From assembly GCA_002792735.1 (NCBI GenBank), contig PFOW01000058.1, positions 1-59,358 of the forward strand: DNA of 59,358 bases. Reading direction: 5' to 3'. The notes under the pieces are model-generated. The model made no database searches. It was not told the origin of the DNA and worked only from the letters and a program-made list of their open reading frames with translations. Positions 9,501 to 18,693 of the stretch are shown here, piece by piece (position 1 is the stretch's first letter; each line of letters begins with the position of its first letter). Source of the DNA: a bacterium CG_4_10_14_0_2_um_filter_33_32 (GTDB lineage: Bacteria > Patescibacteriota > CPR2_A > CG2-30-33-46). A program made the position numbers and the translations under genes.

Positions 9501-10124
9501 ATGGGTAAAATATCTAAGATAGAGGTACAGAAAAAAAGAAAAGATCGATATAGTATTTTTGTCGATGGTAAATTTCAAGTTGGTTTGTCGGAAAAAGATT
9601 TTTTGGAGCTAGGCATCAAAAAAGATCAGGAACTGAATGAAAAAGATTTAAAAATAATTAAAGACAGAAGCAATGAATCTAAAGTTAGGGAAAAGGCTGT
9701 AAGGCTTTTATCAATACGACCGCAAAGCGAAGATGAGATTAGAAAAAAATTAGAAGCGAAAAAATATGACTTTAGACTTATAAAAAAAACCATATCTTGG
9801 CTTAAAAAAGAAGCTTTATTAAATGATACAAAGTTTGCCAAAATTTGGATTAATAATAGAAAAAATTTCCATCCTCTAGGCAAAAGAAGGCTATTTTTAG
9901 AGCTAAATAAAAAATCTGTTAATAGGAATATAATTGAAAAAGAAATTAAGAAAATTTCTGATACTGAAGAGTTGTCGGCTGCTTCTAGGCTAGTCGAAAG
10001 AAGGATTATTCCGTATAAGGGTTTAGAAAAATATAAAAAGAGAGAAAAGATTATTAGTTTTCTTTCTAGGAGAGGTTATAGCTGGGATATTATTAAGGGT
10101 GTTATTGATAGGTTTAAGATTTGA
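9501..10124 (+). CDS. recX: RecA regulator RecX
   Basis: Helical-repeat RecX-like sequence (KAVRLLSIRPQSEDEIRKKL..., FAKIWINNRKNFHPLGKRRLFLEL) directly downstream of recA. Confidence 0.8.
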   Translation: MGKISKIEVQKKRKDRYSIFVDGKFQVGLSEKDFLELGIKKDQELNEKDLKIIKDRSNESKVREKAVRLLSIRPQSEDEIRKKLEAKKYDFRLIKKTISWLKKEALLNDTKFAKIWINNRKNFHPLGKRRLFLELNKKSVNRNIIEKEIKKISDTEELSAASRLVERRIIPYKGLEKYKKREKIISFLSRRGYSWDIIKGVIDRFKI

Positions 10125-11988
10125 ATATTTTTTGGCTTCTTTTTATTTTTTCCAAGAATATTAAAAGAGTGGTAATATCGGCAGGAGTAACTTCTGCAAT
10201 CCTTGATGCTTGGCCGATTGAAATTGGTTTAACTTCTTTTAGCCTTTCTTTTGCGACAAATTTTAATCCTGGTACTGAATCATAATTAATTTTTGGTATT
10301 TTTTTATTTTCTAATGAAATATTTTTTATAACCGTTTGTTCTTGTCTTTTTATATAGTCTTCATATTTTGCAAGAATTTCTACTTCATTTAATATTTCTT
10401 CTGATAAAGATTCAATCTTTAATTTTTTTGTTCTGTTTTTAGTTATTTTGAAAAGCTTTTGAATATTAATTTCAGGTCTTTTTAAATAACTCCAGGCATT
10501 TTTAGAATTAATCTTTATCTTTTTTAATTCTTTAATTGCTGTGTCTATTTTTTTTCTCTTATTTTCTATTGCTAACTTTCTTTTTTTATCTACTAGTCCT
10601 AAATTAAAAGCTAAATCAATTAATCTCTCGTCAGCATTATCCTGTCTTAGAAGTAATCTATATTCAGCAGCTGATGTGTATACTCTATATGGTTCTTTGT
10701 GTTTTTTGGTAATCAAATCATCTATCATTACGCCGATATATGCTTGATTTCTATTAAGAATAAATGGTTTTTTATTTTTAATTTTCAAAGCGGCATTTAT
10801 GCCTGCCATAATTCCTTGAGCCGCCGCTTCTTCATAGCCAGAGGTGCCATTCACCTGTCCGGCTAAAAATAGTCCTTTTATTTTTTTTGTTTCAAGATTT
10901 TTTTTGATTTGCCAGGACGGTACATAATCGTAAACAACCGCATAACCTGGTTGTAATATTATAGCTTTTTCCATTCCCTTAACAGATCTTATAATTTTAA
11001 GTTGTAAGTCTTCAGGCATTGCAGTAGTTAAACCTTGGAGATAAAGTCGGTTAGATTTTCTGCCCTCCGGTTCTACAAAAATTGGATGTCGTTCTTTGTT
11101 AGGGAAATTAACTACTTTTCTATCTATAGAAGGGCAGTGTCTGGGTCCATGTTCTTCAATGATCCCTGATTTAATTGGTGAATAATTAATATTTTCATTA
11201 ATAATTTTATGAGTTTTAGGATTAGTATAAGCAAGCCAACACGGTATTTGTTTATTATATTTTATTACCTCTCTTTCCGGGAAAGAAAATGAACATGGTC
11301 CTTTGGTTCCTGGTTGAATTTCCATTTTTGAGCAATCAACTGATTTTTTATCTATCCTTGGTGGAGTAGCGGTTTGTAGTTTTTCTAGCTTTAATCCAAT
11401 TTTATTTAGACTATTTGATAATTGGTATGATCCGTTTTCGTCAATTCGTCCTCCTTTTCTAATAATTTTATCACCGATAATAATTTTCGCATTTAAAAAC
11501 GTTCCGGTCGTAATAATTGTTGCCCCACATTCTATTCTTTTGCCCGATTTAGTCTTTACGCCAGTTATAGTTTTTGGATTATTTGCGGCATCTATATCAG
11601 TTACTTCATCTTCTAAGATTTTTAGTTTTTTTAGTTTTTTTAAAGTTTCCAGCATGATTTTCTGATAGTCATCTCTTTCGATTTGCGCCCTATAAGCTTG
11701 AACAGCCGGACCTTTTGTATGATTTAATAATTTGATTTGAATTAATGATTGATCAGAAACTTTTGCCATTGCGCCACCTAGGCAATCTATTTCTCTAACA
11801 AGGTGCCCTTTCCCAGGTCCGCCTATTGCAGGATTGCAAGGCATGGTGGCTATTTTTTTGATTGTAGTTGTAACAAGTAGAGTAGAACAGCCCATTTTCG
11901 CCGATACTAAAGCTGCTTCACATCCGGCATGACCGCCACCTATTACCACCACATCGTATTTGTATTTATTTTTTAGGCTTTCGGACAT
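10114..11988 (-). CDS. mnmG: tRNA uridine 5-carboxymethylaminomethyl modification enzyme MnmG (GidA)
   Basis: N-terminal FAD motif VVVIGGGHAGCEAA; full-length GidA-like sequence, 624 aa. Confidence 0.95.
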   Translation of the reverse strand: MSESLKNKYKYDVVVIGGGHAGCEAALVSAKMGCSTLLVTTTIKKIATMPCNPAIGGPGKGHLVREIDCLGGAMAKVSDQSLIQIKLLNHTKGPAVQAYRAQIERDDYQKIMLETLKKLKKLKILEDEVTDIDAANNPKTITGVKTKSGKRIECGATIITTGTFLNAKIIIGDKIIRKGGRIDENGSYQLSNSLNKIGLKLEKLQTATPPRIDKKSVDCSKMEIQPGTKGPCSFSFPEREVIKYNKQIPCWLAYTNPKTHKIINENINYSPIKSGIIEEHGPRHCPSIDRKVVNFPNKERHPIFVEPEGRKSNRLYLQGLTTAMPEDLQLKIIRSVKGMEKAIILQPGYAVVYDYVPSWQIKKNLETKKIKGLFLAGQVNGTSGYEEAAAQGIMAGINAALKIKNKKPFILNRNQAYIGVMIDDLITKKHKEPYRVYTSAAEYRLLLRQDNADERLIDLAFNLGLVDKKRKLAIENKRKKIDTAIKELKKIKINSKNAWSYLKRPEINIQKLFKITKNRTKKLKIESLSEEILNEVEILAKYEDYIKRQEQTVIKNISLENKKIPKINYDSVPGLKFVAKERLKEVKPISIGQASRIAEVTPADITTLLIFLEKIKRSQKIFKS

Positions 11989-11989
11989 A

Positions 11990-12364
11990 TTATTTATTTG
12001 CTTGATATTTTAAATCAATTCCACCAGCCTTTATATTACCGTGTTTTCCCTTAACTTTTTTTAAAGGGAACCTCTCTTTGTATTCTTTTTGGCTTTTCCA
12101 GATAGCTTCTTTTAAATCCATATCAAAACTCCCGCATAATTTTAACAGGAGCCAGCCAATGTCACCAATTTGATCTTCTATTTCTCTGTAATGATTTTTT
12201 ATTACTTTCTCCATTTCTTTTTGGTCTGTTCCGATGTATTTAAAATAATTCCATAGCTCTCCAACTTCTTCTGCTATATTCAAAAGAGTATCATGAGTAC
12301 CTGTTAAATTATGCCATTCTCTTTCTTCTAGAAAAGAGTTAATTTCTTTTTGTAATTTTTTCAT
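11990..12364 (-). CDS. MazG-like nucleotide pyrophosphohydrolase
   Basis: Small all-alpha protein with the EExGE-type motif (NIAEEVGELWNYFKY) typical of the MazG/YpjD-like NTP-PPase family. Confidence 0.65.
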   Translation of the reverse strand: MKKLQKEINSFLEEREWHNLTGTHDTLLNIAEEVGELWNYFKYIGTDQKEMEKVIKNHYREIEDQIGDIGWLLLKLCGSFDMDLKEAIWKSQKEYKERFPLKKVKGKHGNIKAGGIDLKYQANK

Positions 12365-12428
12365 TTATTTCCTTTCTTTCTAATTAGAACTATAATTATA
12401 TTGTGCGAATTAAATATTATCAATCTAA

Positions 12429-13355
12429 ATGAGTAAAATAGACGAATTAAAAAACGATTTTTTGGAATACTTAGAAATTGAAAGAAACAAAAGTGATCTT
12501 ACGGTAAAGAACTATAATCATTATCTTGTAAGATTTCTAGACTTTGCCAATAAAGAAGGAGTAAACAGCCCCGAAAGTATAACCATTGACCTTGTCAGAA
12601 AATTCCGTCTTTTTTTAAATCGTTTTACTAATGAGAAGGGTCAATCTTTAAAAAAGATCACCCAAAACTATCATATCATAGCATTAAGAGCTTTTTTAAA
12701 GTATTTAATTAAAAGAGATATTCAAACATTGCCTGCGGAGAAAATAGAGTTAGGTGACTTTTCTAGAAAAGAGATTGAAGTAATAGAAATATCAGAACTG
12801 GAGCGACTTTTAAATATTCCTGATATATCAAAAACAGCAGGAATTAGAGACAGGGCAATTTTAGAAACTTTATTTTCAACTGGCCTTAGAGTTTCTGAAC
12901 TTGTTAATTTAAACAGAGATCAAATTAATCTTAAAACGGGTGAATTTATGGTGAGAGGCAAAGGCAGGAAAGATAGAATTGTTTTTTTGTCTAAGGATGC
13001 AGCTTTTTGGTTATCCAAATACTTGGAGAAAAGAAAGGATAATTATAACCCGGTTTTTATAAATTATAGAGGCAAAGATAATATTTTTGAAGGTGAAAGT
13101 AAAAGACTTACGGCAAGAAGTGTTCAAAGAATGGTAAATAAATATGCAAAATTGGCCGGGATAGTAAAGACGGTAACGCCTCATGGCTTACGACATGTAT
13201 TTGCGACAGATCTTTTGCAAAATGGAGCTGATATTCGTTCGGTTCAGACAATGTTGGGTCATTCTTCAATAACTACCACACAAATATATACTCATATTAC
13301 GAATAAGCGATTAAAGGAAGTTCATCAGTCTTTTCATACCAGCAAAAGAAAATGA
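12429..13355 (+). CDS. Tyrosine recombinase XerC/XerD family
   Basis: SAM-like N-domain. Catalytic residues in context: RDRAILETLFSTGLRVSEL, HGLRHVFAT, LGHSSITTTQIYTH. Confidence 0.85.
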   Translation: MSKIDELKNDFLEYLEIERNKSDLTVKNYNHYLVRFLDFANKEGVNSPESITIDLVRKFRLFLNRFTNEKGQSLKKITQNYHIIALRAFLKYLIKRDIQTLPAEKIELGDFSRKEIEVIEISELERLLNIPDISKTAGIRDRAILETLFSTGLRVSELVNLNRDQINLKTGEFMVRGKGRKDRIVFLSKDAAFWLSKYLEKRKDNYNPVFINYRGKDNIFEGESKRLTARSVQRMVNKYAKLAGIVKTVTPHGLRHVFATDLLQNGADIRSVQTMLGHSSITTTQIYTHITNKRLKEVHQSFHTSKRK

Positions 13356-13436
13356 TGGTTTTCTAAAGGACTTATTTTTATTGGAAATAATCTAAAAAAA
13401 TGATAAACTCTTTAAAGTTTATTGGAGGTTATAAAT

Positions 13437-14501
13437 ATGGGTTTATCTATAGGAATAGTCGGATTGCCGAATGTGGGAAAATCTACTTTATTTAATGCGC
13501 TTACCAAGAATAAAGTGGAAGCTCAGAACTATCCTTTTTGCACAATCGATCCTAATATTGGAATTGTTTCTGTGCCAGACAAGAGACTAGAATTGTTAGC
13601 CAAAACTGTAAATACTCAAAAAATTGTTCCAGCTATAGTTGAATTTGTTGACATAGCAGGGATAGTAAAAGGCGCTAATAAAGGGGAAGGATTGGGCAAT
13701 AAATTCTTATCTCATATAAGAGAATGTGATGCCATTGTTGAGGTTGTCCGAGATTTTGATAACGATAATATTATTCATGTAGAGGGTAAAGTTAATCCAG
13801 TTTCTGATATTGAAACAATTAAAACAGAACTTATTCTAGCTGATCTCGAAACTATTACAAAGATTGTTGATAGATTAGAAAAAGAAGCAAAGAAAGAATC
13901 TAAAAAGAAAGCAGAGTTAGAAATATCTTTAAAATTAAAAGAAATTTTAGACAAAGGAATGCCTGCTAGAGAATTAGAACTTACTGACGATGAACAATCA
14001 ATGATAAAAAGTTATAATTTACTTACGGCTAAGCCCCACTTTTATGTTATAAATATTGATGAAGATCATATTTTAGATAATGCAAAAAAATTGAACATGG
14101 ACAATGCCATCAAAATTTCTGCAAAAATCGAATCAGAACTGTCTGATTTATCTCAAGAAGATGCTGATGAATATCTCAAAGAAATAGGACAAAAAGAATC
14201 GGGTCTCAATATGTTAATAAAAAAATCATATGATATTTTATCTCTTCAAACTTTTTTTACAGCTGGAGAAAAAGAAGCCAAAGCTTGGACAATCAAGAAA
14301 GGAGCTAAAGCTCCAGAGGCGGCCGGAACTATTCATACAGATTTCGAAAAAGGTTTTATAAAGGCGGAAGTTATTAACTGGAAAGAATTTGTAAGCTTAC
14401 AAGGATGGGTTAATGCTAGAGAACAAGGGAAGGTTAGGTTGGAAGGTAAGGATTATATTGTGCAGGATGGTGACGTTATGTTATTCAAATTTAATTTATA
14501 G
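13437..14501 (+). CDS. ychF: Ribosome-binding ATPase YchF
   Basis: G1 motif GLPNVGKST, coiled-coil insert and C-terminal TGS-like domain (DFEKGFIKAEV). ATG 13437 is preceded by GGAGG; the TTG at 13422 overlaps that SD. Confidence 0.9.
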   Translation: MGLSIGIVGLPNVGKSTLFNALTKNKVEAQNYPFCTIDPNIGIVSVPDKRLELLAKTVNTQKIVPAIVEFVDIAGIVKGANKGEGLGNKFLSHIRECDAIVEVVRDFDNDNIIHVEGKVNPVSDIETIKTELILADLETITKIVDRLEKEAKKESKKKAELEISLKLKEILDKGMPARELELTDDEQSMIKSYNLLTAKPHFYVINIDEDHILDNAKKLNMDNAIKISAKIESELSDLSQEDADEYLKEIGQKESGLNMLIKKSYDILSLQTFFTAGEKEAKAWTIKKGAKAPEAAGTIHTDFEKGFIKAEVINWKEFVSLQGWVNAREQGKVRLEGKDYIVQDGDVMLFKFNL

Positions 14502-14516
14502 TTATTAGTTTTATAG

Positions 14517-14544
14517 TTGACTTTTTCCATTTACTATATATACT
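14517..14544 (+). promoter_or_regulatory. Sigma70-like promoter candidate for the rpsF operon
   Basis: TTGACT (14517-14522), 16-nt spacer, TATACT (14539-14544). Confidence 0.4.
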
Positions 14545-14634
14545 ATTAATATATTAGTTTCCTTTTCCCTCGATGAATATTAGCATCGGGGCATAAGTCC
14601 AAGAGGAGGAATTTTTTAATTAAAAGGAGGAAAG

Positions 14635-15225
14635 TTGAGAAATTACGAATTAATGTCAGTAGTTCAGGGACAGATACCCGAGGACCTTGCTAAGGAAGTC
14701 ATGAATAAGATCAAGAGTATGGTAGGTGATTTGGGAGGCAAGGATTTATCAGAAGATTTTTGGGGTCGGAGAAAGCTGGCTTATAAAATAGGCGGTCAAG
14801 AGCATGGTTATTATGATGTATTAAATTTTCAAATTAGTCCTGAAAATGTAAGAAGATTAGAAGAAGAAATTAAATTGATTGGTGAAGTAATAAGATACCT
14901 AATGGTTGTAAAAGAAAAGAAGAAGATAGTGATAGCAAAAGAAAAGTCCAATAAAGAAACAGTTTTTAAGAAGGAAGTGAAAGAAAAATCAGTAGAACAA
15001 AAAAAGATTGAGAATGTTAAAATAGAAGAAGAGTCCTTAGGAGATATTCAAGGAGAAGAAAAAATAGAAACTGATGAATCTAAGAAGGAAGAAAAAGAAG
15101 TAAAGAGAGATCGAGAGAAAGAGGAAAAAGAAGAGAAAAAAGATCAAAAGAGTGATAAAAAGGAAGAAGAAAAGGAAAGACTGCAAGAGCTAGATAGAAA
15201 AATTGACGAGATATTAAAAGATTAA
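14635..15225 (+). CDS. rpsF: 30S ribosomal protein S6 with long K/E-rich C-terminal tail
   Basis: N-terminal ~95 aa are S6-like (YELMSVV..., WGRRKLAYKI, HGYY). TTG start follows AAGGAGG. The remaining ~100 aa are low-complexity K/E repeats. rpsF-ssb-rpsR synteny. Confidence 0.85.
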   Translation: MRNYELMSVVQGQIPEDLAKEVMNKIKSMVGDLGGKDLSEDFWGRRKLAYKIGGQEHGYYDVLNFQISPENVRRLEEEIKLIGEVIRYLMVVKEKKKIVIAKEKSNKETVFKKEVKEKSVEQKKIENVKIEEESLGDIQGEEKIETDESKKEEKEVKRDREKEEKEEKKDQKSDKKEEEKERLQELDRKIDEILKD

Positions 15226-15255
15226 TATCTACGCTAAAGCGTAGGAAGGAGAAAA

Positions 15256-15729
15256 ATGAGGGATTTAAATAAAGTTCTAATAATAGGGAATCTAACAAGA
15301 GATCCTGAATCCCGATTTACCCCATCCGGTCAATCTGTTGCTTCCTTTGCGGTTGCTACAAACAGGAGATGGAAAGGCCAGGATGGAGAAGTAAAAGACA
15401 GTGTAGAATATCATGACGTTGTTGCTTGGGGGAAATTGGCAGAAATAGCAGAGAAAATTTTAAAAAAAGGCAGAAGGGCATATATAGAAGGTAGATTACA
15501 AACTCGATCATGGGAGGGGCAAGATGGCGTTAAGAGAAATAAAACAGAAATTGTTGCGGCCGATATTATTGTTTTAGATAAAAAGGGCGCAGAAGAAGAT
15601 TTAGGTACCATAGGAACAGAGCCTGCAGATTCTTCCTCATCTGAAGATAGGCCAAAAGTTTCTGATAAAAAAGATACTAAACCAACTGAAGAATCTGAAG
15701 AGGTAAATCTAGATGACATACCTTTCTAG
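15256..15729 (+). CDS. ssb: Single-stranded DNA-binding protein
   Basis: OB-fold SSB sequence (LNKVLIIGNLTRDPE...) and acidic C-terminal tip DDIPF. Confidence 0.92.
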   Translation: MRDLNKVLIIGNLTRDPESRFTPSGQSVASFAVATNRRWKGQDGEVKDSVEYHDVVAWGKLAEIAEKILKKGRRAYIEGRLQTRSWEGQDGVKRNKTEIVAADIIVLDKKGAEEDLGTIGTEPADSSSSEDRPKVSDKKDTKPTEESEEVNLDDIPF

Positions 15730-15799
15730 ATTGAATAGCTACAATAAATTAAAGCATTAACATTCAACTTATAAATATGCCCACCATTAAAAGTGGCAT

Positions 15800-15871
15800 G
15801 CCCGCCCTCACTTACAGTTTTTGGCGGGCTTCGGTCTCGGTAAGGAATATATATTCCGAGACCTCAGGAGG
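15800..15871 (+). promoter_or_regulatory. Conserved two-hairpin intercistronic element, copy 2 (ends in the rpsR SD)
   Basis: GCCCGCC (15800-15806) / GGCGGGC (15823-15829). GGTCTCGG (15833-15840) / CCGAGACC (15856-15863). SD AGGAGG 15866-15871, TTG start 15877. Confidence 0.6.
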
Positions 15872-15876
15872 AAAAT

Positions 15877-16104
15877 TTGGAAAGACAAAAATTCTATCAA
15901 GTTAAAAAAGTTTGCGAATTTTGTAAAAAAACAACAAAAGATATAGATTATAAAAACGTAAAAGTTTTGCAGAAGTTTATTTCTTTCTACGGTAAAATAG
16001 AGTTTAGGAAGAGATCGGGCTGTTGTGCTAAACATCAAAGAATATTAGCAAAAGAAATAAAAAAAGCACGTCACGTAGCGCTACTTCCATTTACGGCTAA
16101 GTAA
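15877..16104 (+). CDS. rpsR: 30S ribosomal protein S18
   Basis: 75 aa, S18 core (DIDYKNVKVLQKFIS..GKI..RKRSG.CAKHQR.LAKEIKKAR..ALLPF). TTG start. Confidence 0.9.
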   Translation: MERQKFYQVKKVCEFCKKTTKDIDYKNVKVLQKFISFYGKIEFRKRSGCCAKHQRILAKEIKKARHVALLPFTAK

Positions 16105-16196
16105 ACCCTGTTATAAATAAGGGTTTGGGGTTCGAAGTATATGTATCAAAATTTAAGCAATTCTATTGTAATAGAAATAATTTCTAACAGGGTAAA

Positions 16197-16760
16197 ATGC
16201 TAAAAGTAACAGATTTACGAATTGGAAAATTTATTGAATTAGATAATGCACCATTTGAGGTTCTTGAATATTCTCACAGTAAACTTGGTAGGGGCGGTGC
16301 TATAGTTAAAACTAAACTCAGAAATTTAAGAACTGGTGCAACTATTGATAAAACTTTTAAAGGTCAGGAGCGAGTAGAGGAAGCCTCTTTGAGCTCTAGC
16401 TCCTGCCAATATTTATATTCTGACGCGCAAGAATTTTATTTTATGGATCTTGGTAACTTTAATCAGTTTACAATTTCAAGGGAATCGCTTGGCAATAAAA
16501 CTAATTTTTTAAAAGAGGGCGATAATATTGATGTTACTTTTTTAGATGATAAAGAGCCCATTAATATTAATTTGCCTATAAAAGTTAACTTTAAAATTAC
16601 CGAAACCGAACCTGGAGTTAAAGGCGATACAGCTTCTTCAGCAACAAAAGAAGCTATAATAGAAACAGGTTTTAAACTGCACGTTCCTCTATTTATAAAA
16701 ATTGGTGATGTTATTAAAATAGATACTAGAACTGGAGATTATTTAGAGCGAGTAAATTGA
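16197..16760 (+). CDS. efp: Elongation factor P
   Basis: 187 aa, EF-P KOW-like and OB domains (SKLGRGGAIVKTKLRNLRTG). Confidence 0.93.
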   Translation: MLKVTDLRIGKFIELDNAPFEVLEYSHSKLGRGGAIVKTKLRNLRTGATIDKTFKGQERVEEASLSSSSCQYLYSDAQEFYFMDLGNFNQFTISRESLGNKTNFLKEGDNIDVTFLDDKEPININLPIKVNFKITETEPGVKGDTASSATKEAIIETGFKLHVPLFIKIGDVIKIDTRTGDYLERVN

Positions 16761-16767
16761 TCTAATC

Positions 16768-17907
16768 ATGCAAAAAAACAAAAAAGAGAGATTAGATATA
16801 CTATTAGTTAAAAGGGGACTAGTGGAGAGTCGTGAAAATGCAGCACGGCTCATTTTGGCTGGGTTAGTAAAAACTGAAGGCCAACTATTAACAAAACCTG
16901 GAATGAAAATAAATGAAACAGCAAAAGTAGATATTGAGAAAAGTGAAATTTTTGTTGGAAAAGGCGCAAAAAAGATTGAGAGCGCTTATAAGAAATTTAA
17001 ACTTAATTTTAATAACAAAATAATAGCGGACATAGGCGCATCGACGGGCGGTTTTACTGATTTTGCTCTAAGTAAGGGCGCTCAAAAAGTTTATGCGGTT
17101 GATGTTGGTTATGGTCAATTGGCATATAAACTACGCCAGAATGTTAAAGTTATAAATATGGAAAGAAATGATATCAGAAGTATAGAAAAATTTCCCGATA
17201 AAATTGATATATTTCTTATAGATGTTTCTTTCGTCTCTCTTAAAAAAATCTTGCCGAAAATAAAAGAAATAATTAAGAATCAAAATCACAAAGCAGAAGT
17301 AGTAATATTAGTTAAACCGCAATTTGAGGTAGGGAAAAAAATTGCCGATAAATTCAAAGGGGTGATAAAAAATAAAAAAATTCAGCAAAAAATCGTAAGA
17401 GAAATATCTAAATTTGTAGCAGAAGAGAAATTTGCTGTGATTTCATCTACAAAAGCGGCTGTTCAAGGAGAAAAAGGCAATCAGGAATATTTTTTATATT
17501 TAAGATTTCCTAAGATAGTTAAAGTTTTTGGCACTTTTGATTTAGTGCATAAAGGGCACAGTTATTTTTTGAGTAAGGCATCAGAATACGGAGAATTAAT
17601 AGTTGTTATACCCAGCGACGATAAAGTACTGGAACTCAAAAAGAAAAAACCGATCCACTCATTAGTCCACAGAGTAAAAAATATAGAGAAATTGGGGTTT
17701 AAAGCTGAAATAGAAAAAGAAGATCCATGGCAAAATATTATAGAGAATAAAGCAGATGTTATTGTATTAGGTTACGACCAAAGCTGGGAAGCGGAAATTA
17801 GAAGAAAAATAAAAGAAACAGGATATTTGGTGAAGATAAGAAAGATTAAAAAAGCCTATAAACCAGAAATTTTTAAGAGTTCTCACTTTAGAAAGAAATT
17901 TGATTAG
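16768..17907 (+). CDS. TlyA-like rRNA 2'-O-methyltransferase fused to a cytidylyl/adenylyltransferase-like domain
   Basis: Residues 1-~245: S4-like (RLDILLVKRGLVESRENAARLI) plus SAM-MTase motif DIGASTGGFTDF. Residues ~250-379: nucleotidyltransferase HxGH motif (FGTFDLVHKGHSYF), then IVVIPSDD and VLGYDQ, resembling RibL-type FAD synthetase or glycerol-3-P cytidylyltransferase. Confidence 0.75.
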   Translation: MQKNKKERLDILLVKRGLVESRENAARLILAGLVKTEGQLLTKPGMKINETAKVDIEKSEIFVGKGAKKIESAYKKFKLNFNNKIIADIGASTGGFTDFALSKGAQKVYAVDVGYGQLAYKLRQNVKVINMERNDIRSIEKFPDKIDIFLIDVSFVSLKKILPKIKEIIKNQNHKAEVVILVKPQFEVGKKIADKFKGVIKNKKIQQKIVREISKFVAEEKFAVISSTKAAVQGEKGNQEYFLYLRFPKIVKVFGTFDLVHKGHSYFLSKASEYGELIVVIPSDDKVLELKKKKPIHSLVHRVKNIEKLGFKAEIEKEDPWQNIIENKADVIVLGYDQSWEAEIRRKIKETGYLVKIRKIKKAYKPEIFKSSHFRKKFD

Positions 17908-17933
17908 GTAGTTGGACTTTGCTATTATAGTTT

Positions 17934-17958
17934 AAAGGACGTAAGTCCTTTTATTTTT
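17934..17958 (+). terminator. Rho-independent terminator
   Basis: AAAGGAC (17934-17940), loop GTAA, GTCCTTT (17945-17951), then TATTTTT. Confidence 0.55.
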
Positions 17959-17985
17959 GACCTTTGACATAGGGAGGCGACTATT

Positions 17986-18693
17986 TTGAAAAAAAATAGC
18001 AGAATAATCATTGCTTTAGATGATATGACAATTCCGGATGCATTGAGACTAGCGGAAAAAACTGGGAGTAAAGTATGGGGGTTTAAAGTAAATTCTTTAT
18101 ATTCACAAAATCCTGAAGTAGTTAAAATGTTAAAGCCTTTTGGTAAGGTATTTGTTGATATGAAGATTCACGATATACCAAAAACGGCTGCTTTGCATGC
18201 AGAAAAGCAGCTAAATCATGGCGCTGATATTATTAACTGTCATGTTTCAGGTGGCGTTAAAATGATGAGATACATTAGAACGGTTACGAATGTGAATCAT
18301 GCCCTAGTAATAGCAGTTACAGTTTTAACCAGTCTTGATAAAGATGACTGTGAAGATATATATGGTGAGAAAAATGTGTTACGTAAAGTTATGCATTTTG
18401 CGGAGATGGCATTAGATAATGCTGTTTTGGATGGGATTGTTTGTTCTCCAAATGAAGTTAGAGGAATCAAAGAAGAATGGGGAGACAGATGTATTGCAAT
18501 AATTCCAGGTATTCGTTTGGTTGGTGATGACACAGAAGATCAAAAACGCCTAGATACCCCATACAATGCCATAATGAATGGCGCTGATTTGTTAGTTATC
18601 GGTAGTTCTATAACAAAAGCAGAAGATCCAGTTGAGGCTGTAGATATAATTAACGAACAGATTGAAAAAGCTTTACAGGAAATTAAGAGGTGA
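17986..18693 (+). CDS. pyrF: Orotidine 5'-phosphate decarboxylase
   Basis: OMPdecase motifs IIALDD and DMKIHDIPKT. 235 aa. TTG start after GGGAGG. Confidence 0.85.
   Translation: MKKNSRIIIALDDMTIPDALRLAEKTGSKVWGFKVNSLYSQNPEVVKMLKPFGKVFVDMKIHDIPKTAALHAEKQLNHGADIINCHVSGGVKMMRYIRTVTNVNHALVIAVTVLTSLDKDDCEDIYGEKNVLRKVMHFAEMALDNAVLDGIVCSPNEVRGIKEEWGDRCIAIIPGIRLVGDDTEDQKRLDTPYNAIMNGADLLVIGSSITKAEDPVEAVDIINEQIEKALQEIKR

Noticed and set aside
12429-13355. Tyrosine recombinase as a possible marker of an integrated mobile element
   Set aside because: The neighbours on both sides are housekeeping genes (mnmG, mazG-like, ychF). I saw no flanking direct repeats, tRNA target or phage/IS genes. The sequence fits the chromosomal XerC/XerD dimer-resolution type.
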